Of a stretch of DNA of 64,000 nucleotides, positions 47,963 through 57,338 are shown piece after piece; the stretch's first letter is position 1, and each line of letters starts with the position of its first letter. Location of the stretch: NCBI GenBank assembly GCA_001784175.1, contig MFPR01000004.1:310001-374000 (forward strand), written 5' to 3'. Under the pieces are notes generated by a model. The model searched no databases. It saw only the letters and a list, made by a program, of their open reading frames with translations, and was not told where the DNA came from. The DNA comes from Candidatus Lindowbacteria bacterium RIFCSPLOWO2_12_FULL_62_27 (GTDB lineage Bacteria; Lindowbacteria; 2-12-FULL-62-27). Made by a program: the position numbers and the translations under genes.

Positions 47963-49140
47963 TACTGGATCGACCTCGACATGTCGACGATCGGGATCAG
48001 GATCGACACGACGATCCCGCCGGCGAACAGGCCCAGGCACAGGATCAGGGCCGGCTCGAGAATGACGGCGAACCGCTCGAGTTCCTGCGCCGCCTCCTCC
48101 TCCAGCGCCGTCGCGGCGGCGGCGCAGACCATCCGGAGCTGGCCGCCCGACTCGCCGGCCGCGAGAAGCTCCGTCGGGATGACGTCGAACATCGGGCGTT
48201 CTCCGACCAGCACGCTGAAACTCCGGCCGTGCCGCAGGCCCTCCCGGACGTATTCGATGTCCTCCCCAATCTCCCGGCTGCCCACCGCGTCCTTCGATAC
48301 GCCGAGGGCCTTCACGAGGTCGAGGCCGCTGTCGAGGAGCGTCGACAGCGCGGCCAGCCAGCGGGACAGTGCGATTTTTCTGAGAGAGGCGATCCGGTAC
48401 AGAGCCCGCTCCTTGAGGCGCGTTCCCTTTTCCGTTTTCAAATAAAAAAATCCAAAGACGAGAATCATCCCGAGCGCCGCCGCCAGCCAGGGGCCCGCCG
48501 ACTGGACAAAGGACGAGACCGCCAGAAGGCCGCGGGTCAGAAGCGGCAGAGGGCGCGTCGAGCCTTCGAAAATGTCCGTCAGTTGCGGCACCACGAACGT
48601 GATGAGAAAACCGATGACGAACATCGAAAACGTGAACACGATCAGCGGATACATCAGGATGCCCTCCATCCGCCGCCGGAACGCGTTCTCCCGCGCGAGC
48701 GACTCCGCCGCACGCGTCAGCGATTCGGCCAGCCGGCCCGATTCCTCGCCGACCCGGATGCCCGCCAGAAGATGCGGCGGAAAAACGCCGGTGGCGGCCG
48801 CCGCGTCCGTCAGCGACTGCCCGCTCTCCACCGCGCCGGACATCGACAGAAGCGCGGAGCGGATCGCGGCCGACCGCGACCGCGACGAGACCGCCTGAAT
48901 CGCCGCCAAAAGCGGCAGGCCGCCCTTGAGGAGCACCGAAAGGCTCGTCAATGTTTCCTGCAGGCGCGACCTCGACACGCGTCGCCGGACGATCGTCTCG
49001 GCCGGCTCCAGATTCAGCACGGACGTAAGGCCGGTCCGGCGGAGCTTCAGCCGCGCGTCCACGATATCTGTGGCCATCACCGACCCGTGCTCCACGCTGC
49101 CCGCCTTGGATACCGCCTCGTACTCGAAAAAGGGACTCAC
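47962..49140 (-). CDS. gspF: T2SS inner membrane platform protein F
   Basis: GEESGRL, YP, GESGGQL, LEP. Confidence 0.92.
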   Translation of the reverse strand: MSPFFEYEAVSKAGSVEHGSVMATDIVDARLKLRRTGLTSVLNLEPAETIVRRRVSRSRLQETLTSLSVLLKGGLPLLAAIQAVSSRSRSAAIRSALLSMSGAVESGQSLTDAAAATGVFPPHLLAGIRVGEESGRLAESLTRAAESLARENAFRRRMEGILMYPLIVFTFSMFVIGFLITFVVPQLTDIFEGSTRPLPLLTRGLLAVSSFVQSAGPWLAAALGMILVFGFFYLKTEKGTRLKERALYRIASLRKIALSRWLAALSTLLDSGLDLVKALGVSKDAVGSREIGEDIEYVREGLRHGRSFSVLVGERPMFDVIPTELLAAGESGGQLRMVCAAAATALEEEAAQELERFAVILEPALILCLGLFAGGIVVSILIPIVDMSRSIQ

Positions 49141-50612
49141 AGTATTTTTAATATCTCCTCGATCGTCGTTTCGCCGGCGGCGATTTTTTCGATCGCGTTC
49201 GCGCGGAGCGGCTGGTATCCCTCGGAAAGAGCGACCTGCCGGAATCGGCCCTCGTCATAGCCCTTGACGATCTCGTTCTGCAGGGCCGGCGAGACGGTCA
49301 GAATCTCGAACACGCCCGTCCGGCCGTGATAGCCCGTTTTCAAACAGGCGTCACACCCCAACGGCACGCCCACTTCGGACACCACGCCGCGCGCGTCCGG
49401 GAAGACCGAGTAGAGCGAATCCGGCGCGGGGCTCCGGCCCGCACACCTGCAGAGCTTGCGGACCAGCCGCTGCGCCACGACGCCGGTCAGCGCGGAGGCG
49501 ATCAGAAACGGCTGGATGCCCAGATCCATGAGCCGCGCGACCGCGCCGATCGAATCGTTGGTGTGCAGCGTCGACAGAACGCGGTGCCCGGTCAAGGCCG
49601 CGTGGACGGCGAGGTCGGCGGTTTCGGCGTCGCGGATTTCGCCGACCGAAATCGTGTCGGGGTCCTGGCGGAGGATGGACCGGAGGCCGGTGGCGAAGGT
49701 GAATCCGATCCGCGGTTTGATCTCGATCTGGCTGATGCCGTCCAGTTTGTATTCCACCGGGTCCTCCAGCGTGATGATGTTCGTGGCGGGATCGTTCAAC
49801 GTCTGCAAAAACGAGTACAGCGTCGTCGACTTGCCGCTGCCGGTCGGGCCGGTCAAAAGGAGGATTCCGTTGGGCCGGCGCAGCATCTCGGCCAGGCGGT
49901 CCTGATGGGCCTGGGAAAGGCCGAGCTGGGACAGCGACAGGAGCGTGCCCTTGTCCAGAAGCCTCAGCACGACGCGCTCGCCATGGGCCGTCGGCACCAC
50001 GCTCACGCGCACGTCGATCTCGCGGCCGACGTTCCGCAAATTGATCCGGCCGTCCTGCGGCAGAATCTTTTCGGCGATATCCAGCCGCGCCATGATCTTC
50101 ACCCGCGACACCACGGCCGGATGGAGACTCCGCGTGTAGGTGCGGATCGGATGCAGAATGCCGTCGACCCGGAACCGCACCGTCACCTCGTCTTCGCCCG
50201 GCTCGAAATGGATGTCGCTCGCGCGCCGGCCCAGCGCGTCCGCGATCAGCGAGTTCACCATCCGGATGACCGGCGCCTGGACCGTCACGTCGAGGTCCGA
50301 ACGCTCGTCGGTGACCTCCTGCTCCAGTTTCGACAGCTCCTCCGGGTCCATGCCGAGATCCAAATCGGACTCGCCCGACAAGAGCGCCCGCGCGGCGCGT
50401 TCCAGTCCCTCCTCCACCACGCCCGGCGCCAGGGGAACGCATTCGATGGGAGACTGGTAGAGCACCTGCAGGTGGCTGAGGATTTCCGGGTCCGGCATGT
50501 CGACCACGCCGATCCGGACCGGCGGGCCTGATTCGAGCGGCAGAATCCGGTGCTCCTTGAAAAAAGTGAGGTTGGCCATTTCAAACAGCGATTTGATCCG
50601 GCCCGGTTCCAT
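49137..50612 (-). CDS. gspE: T2SS ATPase E
   Basis: ASDIHFEP, PQDGR, GPTGSGKSTT, LEDPVE, RQDPD, STLHTN. Confidence 0.95.
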   Translation of the reverse strand: MEPGRIKSLFEMANLTFFKEHRILPLESGPPVRIGVVDMPDPEILSHLQVLYQSPIECVPLAPGVVEEGLERAARALLSGESDLDLGMDPEELSKLEQEVTDERSDLDVTVQAPVIRMVNSLIADALGRRASDIHFEPGEDEVTVRFRVDGILHPIRTYTRSLHPAVVSRVKIMARLDIAEKILPQDGRINLRNVGREIDVRVSVVPTAHGERVVLRLLDKGTLLSLSQLGLSQAHQDRLAEMLRRPNGILLLTGPTGSGKSTTLYSFLQTLNDPATNIITLEDPVEYKLDGISQIEIKPRIGFTFATGLRSILRQDPDTISVGEIRDAETADLAVHAALTGHRVLSTLHTNDSIGAVARLMDLGIQPFLIASALTGVVAQRLVRKLCRCAGRSPAPDSLYSVFPDARGVVSEVGVPLGCDACLKTGYHGRTGVFEILTVSPALQNEIVKGYDEGRFRQVALSEGYQPLRANAIEKIAAGETTIEEILKIL

Positions 50613-50617
50613 GAGGC

Positions 50618-53197
50618 TTAAGGCATCTTGCGGGGCTGCAGGGCGGCCTGCGGCTCCCGGAGCGGCGTTTCGCCCTCTTTCTCTCTCGAGACCTTTTCCA
50701 GATCCTCCGCGGTTTCGAGGATGCGCGGCGTGATGAAAATCAGGAGGTTCGTGTTTTTGTCCTCATACACATCCTTCCGAAACAGCGCGCCGATCACGGG
50801 AAGCTTCGAGATCACCGGCACACCGCTGCGGCCGACCGTCTTGCGCTTGCCCAGAATCCCGCCGAGGACGACGGTGTGCCCGCTTTCGACCGTGATCGTC
50901 GTCGACAGATCCCGGGTCGTGCGGGTGGGCGCGCCCAGTTCGGCGACCGACTTGACTTCCTGGATCGACATCGAAAGGTCCAGCGTCACGCGCGGCTTGT
51001 TCACGTGCGGCGTGATGTTCAGGTTCGTCCCGACGTTCTCGAAACTGAAGGTCCGGATGACCGTGCCGACGTCGGTGACCTGGCTGTTCTGAAGGATCGG
51101 CACGACGTCGCCGACGGCGATCCGCGCCTTTTCGTTGTCCTTGACCAGAATGTGCGGCGTGCTGATGACGTCGAAATCCTTGTTGTCGAGAAAGGCATTG
51201 AAGGCCGAAGGCAGGGTCGTCCCCTTTTTGGTGATCCCGATGGTCAATCCCTCCTGGCCGGGCGTGGTGCCGGTGACGACGCCGAGGCCGGACGTGTAAT
51301 TGGACCCGCGGATGTCCCTCGCCGTTTCGGCGAACCACTGGATGCCGATCTTCTTGGTCTGGTCCGCCGAGGCCTCCACCACGTACATTTCGAGCCACAC
51401 CTGGGCCTTGCTCTGGTCGAGTTTCTTGATGATCGTTTCCAGCTCCTCATAGCGCTGGGCGTTGGCGGTGATGATGAGCGAGTTCGACTGCTCATCCGCC
51501 ACGATCCCGATGCGGTCCGCGCCGGTCTGGTCCTTGTAGAGGGTGTTGATCTTGTCGGCGATCTTCAGCGCGTCGGCGTTGCCGATCTTGTAGATGTGCA
51601 TGTTTTCCGCGCGCGGCACGCTCGGCTGGTCGACTTCGCCCACCAGTTTGGTGACCAGCGCGATGAGGTGCGGGGAGGTCGACGAGATGATGACAGACCG
51701 GCGCCGGGGATCGGGAATGATTTTGAAATTCTCCGTCGCGTATTTCGCCGTGCCGACCTGCAAAAGCTCCCCGACGAGCTTGGCGACGGCCTCCTCGGAC
51801 GCATGCTTGAGCGGAAGGACCTTCAGCTCGACCTCATACGGGTAGTCCGTGTCGAACTCCTTGATGAGGTCCTCGATCCGGCGCACGTCCTCCGGCAGCG
51901 CGGCCACCCACAGCATGTTGGTTTCGACGATCGGCATGGTCAGGAAATCCGATTTGCCGAGATACGAGCCCAGGATGGCGTCCATCCGGGCCTTGAGGTC
52001 CGTCACTTTGGCGTATTTGATTTTGTAAAATTTGTACACGACCCGGCCGTACAGTTCCGTAAGGCGGCGGATGAGGTCCATGACCTTCTCGACATTTTCC
52101 CGCGTGTCGGTCAGAAGGATCAGATTCAGTTTCGGCATCACTTGGAAGTTATTGTTGGGCGAGAGGTAGGTTGCGATGACGTTGCGGAATTCGTTGATCG
52201 AAAGGCCGGGATCGACGCGGATGATCTGCGTGATGAGTTCCTGGGACATTCCGGACGCCGCGCCCTCCACCACGGGGAGATTGCCGCGAAGCGCGACGGA
52301 ACTCGGCGCGACTTTCCAGCCCTGGTTCATCTTCACCAGCGTGAATCCCCGCATCGCCAGCACCTGTTGCGCAAGGTCCATGACCTGAGACATCGGAACG
52401 TCCGCGGGGCCGGACATGATCACCTGGCCGCTGACGTTCGGATCGTAGAGGATGTTTTCGCCGGTGAGTTCGCTGATGCCTTTCAGAAAATCTTTCAGGT
52501 CCGCCGTCAGGTTCACCTGCACGGTCGGTTCCCGTTCTTTGGGAGGCTCCGGTTTGGGCGGAATGGCCGGAGCAGGCACGGCAGGCGGCGCGGCGGGCGG
52601 CGCAGCCGGACGCGGAGGCTCGACGCGCGCCGACTCGACCGGCTTGGCCGCGGGCGTTTCGACGGGAACTTCCTTCGCCGTCCCCGCCTGAGTGTCCGCC
52701 ATCCCTGTCGGACGGTGGGCAGGGACGGCTGACGTCCGTGTCGCCGCCGGTTTCGGCGCGGGCGTGGGCGGCGCGGCAGGTTTGGGTTTGGCCGGCGGCG
52801 GCTCCGCCTTCGGGGCTGGAACAGCCGCAGGCCGGGCGCGGGACGGGGACAGGGACGGGGCCTGTCCCATCACCGCCGAGACACGCTGGGCCTGCGAAGA
52901 AGCGGGGAATTTTTTCAGAAGCGCCGCGCCGATGTCCGCCGCCCCGCGCGTGTCCCGCAGGTCTTCCATGTAAATGCGGAACCGGTAGTAGAGGGCCTCC
53001 GGATCGTCTCCGGCCGACTCGAACGCTTTTAACGCTTCTCCGTATCTGCCCTTTTCATACAGCGTGACGCCCTGGCGCAGGGATTTGGCAGGGTCCGCGG
53101 CACACAGCGGCGAAGTCCAGAAGCCGACCAGCGCCAGGGTCAGCGCCGAAATCCGAATCCTAGTCTTTAAATACAATGGTAATCTCCTTATCGACAC
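50618..53197 (-). CDS. gspD: T2SS secretin D with N-terminal TPR and Pro/Ala-rich linker
   Basis: N-domain repeats, QVWLEMYVVE, STPHILVKDN, VPVISKLPVIGALF, LLIFITPRI. Confidence 0.93.
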   Translation of the reverse strand: MSIRRLPLYLKTRIRISALTLALVGFWTSPLCAADPAKSLRQGVTLYEKGRYGEALKAFESAGDDPEALYYRFRIYMEDLRDTRGAADIGAALLKKFPASSQAQRVSAVMGQAPSLSPSRARPAAVPAPKAEPPPAKPKPAAPPTPAPKPAATRTSAVPAHRPTGMADTQAGTAKEVPVETPAAKPVESARVEPPRPAAPPAAPPAVPAPAIPPKPEPPKEREPTVQVNLTADLKDFLKGISELTGENILYDPNVSGQVIMSGPADVPMSQVMDLAQQVLAMRGFTLVKMNQGWKVAPSSVALRGNLPVVEGAASGMSQELITQIIRVDPGLSINEFRNVIATYLSPNNNFQVMPKLNLILLTDTRENVEKVMDLIRRLTELYGRVVYKFYKIKYAKVTDLKARMDAILGSYLGKSDFLTMPIVETNMLWVAALPEDVRRIEDLIKEFDTDYPYEVELKVLPLKHASEEAVAKLVGELLQVGTAKYATENFKIIPDPRRRSVIISSTSPHLIALVTKLVGEVDQPSVPRAENMHIYKIGNADALKIADKINTLYKDQTGADRIGIVADEQSNSLIITANAQRYEELETIIKKLDQSKAQVWLEMYVVEASADQTKKIGIQWFAETARDIRGSNYTSGLGVVTGTTPGQEGLTIGITKKGTTLPSAFNAFLDNKDFDVISTPHILVKDNEKARIAVGDVVPILQNSQVTDVGTVIRTFSFENVGTNLNITPHVNKPRVTLDLSMSIQEVKSVAELGAPTRTTRDLSTTITVESGHTVVLGGILGKRKTVGRSGVPVISKLPVIGALFRKDVYEDKNTNLLIFITPRILETAEDLEKVSREKEGETPLREPQAALQPRKMP
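52679..52747 (-). repeat. 69-bp intragenic palindromic repeat, copy 4 (in gspD linker)
   Basis: Reverse-complement copy with a few substitutions; encodes AATRTSAVPAHRPTGMADTQAGT. Confidence 0.93.
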
Positions 53198-54086
53198 CCT
53201 GGCGCTCCACCGTGAAGGAAACCCGGTCCTTGCCGTGGATCGAACTCCACAGCCCCACCGCCTTGTCCACGCTGTCCATCTTGACGCCGTTCACCCGCTT
53301 CACGATGTCGCCCTCCAGGAAGGTCAGCTTGTCGAAGAAAGGCTTGCCGCGCGGCTTGATGTTCGCCAGCTTGAACCCTTCCACCCGGCCGGCGACCGCG
53401 TGGGGCTGGACGTCGACCCAGGAAAAAATAATGTTCGTGTTGTTGTTGATGGTCCGGTTGATCTCCGAACGCGAAACCGTGACCTGCTCGCCGCCGGAGA
53501 AAGTCGAAGACGCCGGCCGGGCGGCCGCCGGAAGACGCGCGCCGGCTGATGGCGCGAGCAGTGCATCGTTCGAAATGAACTCGCGGGCGCCGGTCGTGAG
53601 ATTTTTCACCCAGATGCGCCCGCGCTCGACCTCCAGAAGTTCCATGTCCTTCCATTTCTCGCCGATCTTGAGCACCTCCACCTCGCGGCTGCCGGTCGAG
53701 AGCTGAACGATGGCGATGGACATCGCGGCTTTTTTCGGGCCGCCCACGAAGGTGCCCAGAAGGTCCACCGGCAGGGCCGACTTGGTTCCGCCCGTTCCGG
53801 CGACAGGAGGCGCGGGCAGGGAAGGAACCGGCTGCGCCGCCTGTGGGACGAACCCGCCGATCGATATCCGCCTCGGCGACGGCGCCGCCCAGCTTTGAGC
53901 CGCCGGAATGGCCGGCAGCGCAGGCAGGCTCGCCCGGTCGAGTTTCCACGCGAGGATTTGGCCGGCCAGGATCGCCGCGCCGGCCGCCGCCACCATCGCG
54001 CCGGCCGGGAGCGACCATTTGTTGGAAAGGATGCGGTCCAGCGTTTCCCGCAATCGGGCGGCGGCGTTTTCTGTGGGTTTGTTCAT
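53160..54086 (-). CDS. gspC: T2SS protein C (PDZ-containing)
   Basis: TM, LLGT..AIV HR domain, C-terminal PDZ (GDIVKRVNG..VERQG); start moved to ATG 54086. Confidence 0.85.
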   Translation of the reverse strand: MNKPTENAAARLRETLDRILSNKWSLPAGAMVAAAGAAILAGQILAWKLDRASLPALPAIPAAQSWAAPSPRRISIGGFVPQAAQPVPSLPAPPVAGTGGTKSALPVDLLGTFVGGPKKAAMSIAIVQLSTGSREVEVLKIGEKWKDMELLEVERGRIWVKNLTTGAREFISNDALLAPSAGARLPAAARPASSTFSGGEQVTVSRSEINRTINNNTNIIFSWVDVQPHAVAGRVEGFKLANIKPRGKPFFDKLTFLEGDIVKRVNGVKMDSVDKAVGLWSSIHGKDRVSFTVERQGVDKEITIVFKD

Positions 54087-54100
54087 CGCAAATTCCAATG

Positions 54101-54640
54101 CTAATTCCGCCGTCGTTTCTCTGTCAACCGCACGAAGGCCCGCGCGGCGCCGCGCGCGGCGTCGCCCGAGTCCGCGGGTTCGCCCAGAAGCGCCAGGAGG
54201 CTGCCGCGCGGGAGGGCTTCGCACAAAAACACCTTGGCGTGCGGACGCGGCGCCCGCGCATGGAGCACGTCGCTTCCGCGCACGATCCGCTCGTCACGCT
54301 TCACGATCCCCGCGCGCTCAAGCCCGTCCTGGATCGACTTCACGAGATTGTCCCGGTCGACGGCATGATAATCTTTTCGGTAGAAGAAACACTTGATCTC
54401 AAGCGCGGCGGCCGGATCAAAAGCCGGCACGCGCCAGATCAGCCGCGCACACTGCGCCACCTTCTCTTGATAGGCGAGCGACCGCCTGACTTTTGGGTCG
54501 AGCCACTTGGCGCGCTGGGTGGTCCGGGCCTTGGGGATCGGCTCGCCGGGGACGCAGAAATAATAGATGGGCCGGCCTTGGACGGTCAGAATGGGATTTC
54601 GGAGGCCGTCGAGAAACTCGGGATCGGAAAAATCGGGCAT
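54101..54640 (-). CDS. rusA: RusA-family Holliday junction resolvase
   Basis: VPGEPIPKAR, DRDNLVKSIQDGL..GIVKRDERI. Confidence 0.82.
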   Translation of the reverse strand: MPDFSDPEFLDGLRNPILTVQGRPIYYFCVPGEPIPKARTTQRAKWLDPKVRRSLAYQEKVAQCARLIWRVPAFDPAAALEIKCFFYRKDYHAVDRDNLVKSIQDGLERAGIVKRDERIVRGSDVLHARAPRPHAKVFLCEALPRGSLLALLGEPADSGDAARGAARAFVRLTEKRRRN

Positions 54641-54644
54641 GGCG

Positions 54645-57338
54645 CTAGATTTGATGCCGGACCATCTGCTCTTTCTCCTGGCGCAGCCGGTCCGTTTTTT
54701 CGCGCATCGTTTCGATGACCTCGTCCGGGGCGTTGTCCAGGAATTCCGAATCCTGAAGGCGCCGCTCGTTCTTGTCGATCAGGGCCGCCACCTCGGCCAG
54801 ACGATCGCGGATCCGGCGGCGCTCCTGTTCGAGGTCCACGAGGTCTCCGACCTGAACGTACAGCGTGAACGGCTGGACGAAACAGGGCGCCGCGCCCGAG
54901 CGGTCCGCAGGCGCGCCGTCGATCACCGAACATTCCGATTTCGCCAGCCGCGAAAAGAGCGGAAAGGCCTGCCGGATCCGGTCCACGGCGGCCGCATCGG
55001 CCTCGGAACCGAAAATCAGGGTCCGCACCGGTTGATTGGGCGCAATCCTGTACAGCGTCCGGATGTTTCTGATTTGCCGGATCATTTCGATCACGGTCGA
55101 GATGTGCGCCTCTCCGCTCTCCGGCGACTCGCCCGATCCCCCGCTCGGCGCCGGAAAACGGGACACCGCAAGAAGACGCCCGGCGTCATCGCCGCGGTGG
55201 GCCGCCGGCAGTTGCGCCCAGATTTCCTCGGTTACAAACGGCATGTACGGATGCAGGAGTTTCAAACTTTCGGCCAGCGCATGGACGAGGCACGAGACCG
55301 TATCGGACCGAGCGGCGCCCGCGACGCCGGCGGTCAGGAAAATCTTGGCGATCTCGATGTACCAGTCGCAAAATTCGCCCCAGATGAAATCGTAGAGCCT
55401 CCGCGCGGCCGCGTCGAATTCGTACCGGTCCAGCGCGCGCCGCACGTCGGCGGTCGCCGCCGACAGCCGGCCCAGGATCCAGCGGTTGCAGAGATCGGCC
55501 AGGGCGTCGCCCGAGGCAGGACGCGGCGGGAGACGAATCTCGAGATCGGCGGGCGCGTTCATCAGAACGAATCGCGCGGCGTTCCACAGCTTGTTGGCGA
55601 AATGCCGGTATCCCTCGAACCGCTGCTCGCTGAGCTTGATGTCCCGGCCCTGCGCGGCCAGGGCCGCAAGCGTGAACCGGACGGCGTCGGTGCCGTACTT
55701 GTCCATCATCACGAGCGGGTCGATGACGTTGCCCTTCGATTTGCTCATCTTTTCCCCGGTCTCGGTGCGGATCAGCGCGTGAATCGGCACGTCCCGGAAC
55801 GGCACGTCCTTCATGAACCGCAGGCCCATCACGATCATCCGCGACACCCAGAACGTCAGAATGTCGAACCCGGTGGACAGGACGGTGGTCGGATAGAATT
55901 TCTGAAGTTCCGGCGTGCGGTCCGGCCAGCCGAGCGTCGAAAAGGGCCAGAGCGCGGACGAGAACCACGTGTCGAGCACGTCCTCGTCCTGCGCGAGATC
56001 TTTGGACCCGCAGTGCGGGCATTGAAGGGGCGGCGTGCGCGACACGAGGATGCCCTCCCGGTCGCGCCCGGCGCACGCCCGGCAATACCACGCCGGAATC
56101 CGGTGACCCCACCAGATCTGCCGGCTGATGCACCAGTCGCGGATGTTTTCCATCCATTGCAGATAATCGTTCACCCAGCGTTCCGGATACAGCTTGATCC
56201 GGCCGTCCTTGACGGCCGCGATCGCGGGCGCCGCGAGAGGTTTCATGCGGATGAACCATTGCTTGGACACATACGGCTCAATCGGCGTCGCGCAACGATA
56301 ACAGTGCCCGACGTTGTGCCGGTGCGGCTCGATCTTGACGAGGAGCCCCTCCGATGTGAGCTGCTCCACCACGCCCTTGCGCGCGACGAAGCGGTCCTGG
56401 CCCGCGTAGGGGCCGGCGTTTGCGTTCAGGCTCGCGTCCGCGTTCAGGATGTTCACCAGTGGAAGATCATGCCGCTGACCGATCAGAAAGTCGTTCGGAT
56501 CGTGGGCCGGCGTGATTTTGACGAGGCCGGTGCCGAAGGACGGATCGACGTAGGAATCGGCGATGATCGGAATTTCCCGGCCGAGGATCGGCAGGCGCAG
56601 CGTCCGGCCGATCTCTCCCCGGTGCCGGTCGTCGTCCGGATGCGCCGCCACCGCCGTGTCGCCCAGCATCGTTTCGGGCCGCGTCGTCGCCACCACGATC
56701 CCGCCGCCGCCGGACACGAAGGGATACTGGATGTGATAGAAAAATCCGTCGATCTCCCGGTACGTGACCTCGATGTCCGACAGCGCCGTCCCGCAGCGCG
56801 GGCACCAGTTCACAATGTAGTCGCCCCGGTAGAGCAAGTCCTCCTCCCAGAGCCGCACGAACACTTCCCGGACGGCGTTCGACAGGCCCTCGTCCATCGT
56901 GAAGCGCGTCCGCGAAAAATCGCAGGAACATCCGAGCCGCCCGAGTTGCTCCAGGATTCGGCCGCCGTATGTTTCCTTCCACTGCCACACCCGCGCCAGG
57001 AATTTTTCGCGGCCCAGGTCCCGGCGCGTCAGGCCCTCCTTCGCGATCTCGCGTTCGACCACGTTCTGCGTCGCAATGCCGGCGTGGTCCGTGCCCGGCA
57101 GCCACAGCACCTCGTATCCGTCCATCCGCTTGTACCGCGCAAGAATGTCCTGCAGGGTGTTGTTGAGCGCGTGGCCCATGTGGAGGCTGCCCGTGACATT
57201 GGGCGGGGGGATCACCATGCAAAACGGCGGTTTGGAGGACGAGGGATCGGCGCGGAAGATCGGCGCGGACTCCCATTTCCGGCGGATGGCCGGCTCGACC
57301 TGCGCCGGCTCGTAGGCCTTGGGAAAACTCGTGTTCAG
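54645..57338 (-). CDS. valS: Valine--tRNA ligase
   Basis: PPPNVTGSLHMGH, TTRPET, DWCISRQ, KMSKS; frame extends upstream of track start 57218 through KAYEP..VE..W to a CTG at 57338. Confidence 0.97.
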   Translation of the reverse strand: MNTSFPKAYEPAQVEPAIRRKWESAPIFRADPSSSKPPFCMVIPPPNVTGSLHMGHALNNTLQDILARYKRMDGYEVLWLPGTDHAGIATQNVVEREIAKEGLTRRDLGREKFLARVWQWKETYGGRILEQLGRLGCSCDFSRTRFTMDEGLSNAVREVFVRLWEEDLLYRGDYIVNWCPRCGTALSDIEVTYREIDGFFYHIQYPFVSGGGGIVVATTRPETMLGDTAVAAHPDDDRHRGEIGRTLRLPILGREIPIIADSYVDPSFGTGLVKITPAHDPNDFLIGQRHDLPLVNILNADASLNANAGPYAGQDRFVARKGVVEQLTSEGLLVKIEPHRHNVGHCYRCATPIEPYVSKQWFIRMKPLAAPAIAAVKDGRIKLYPERWVNDYLQWMENIRDWCISRQIWWGHRIPAWYCRACAGRDREGILVSRTPPLQCPHCGSKDLAQDEDVLDTWFSSALWPFSTLGWPDRTPELQKFYPTTVLSTGFDILTFWVSRMIVMGLRFMKDVPFRDVPIHALIRTETGEKMSKSKGNVIDPLVMMDKYGTDAVRFTLAALAAQGRDIKLSEQRFEGYRHFANKLWNAARFVLMNAPADLEIRLPPRPASGDALADLCNRWILGRLSAATADVRRALDRYEFDAAARRLYDFIWGEFCDWYIEIAKIFLTAGVAGAARSDTVSCLVHALAESLKLLHPYMPFVTEEIWAQLPAAHRGDDAGRLLAVSRFPAPSGGSGESPESGEAHISTVIEMIRQIRNIRTLYRIAPNQPVRTLIFGSEADAAAVDRIRQAFPLFSRLAKSECSVIDGAPADRSGAAPCFVQPFTLYVQVGDLVDLEQERRRIRDRLAEVAALIDKNERRLQDSEFLDNAPDEVIETMREKTDRLRQEKEQMVRHQI

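Noticed and set aside
54101-54640. rusA as evidence of a prophage
   Set aside because: Flanked by valS and gspC with no other phage genes.
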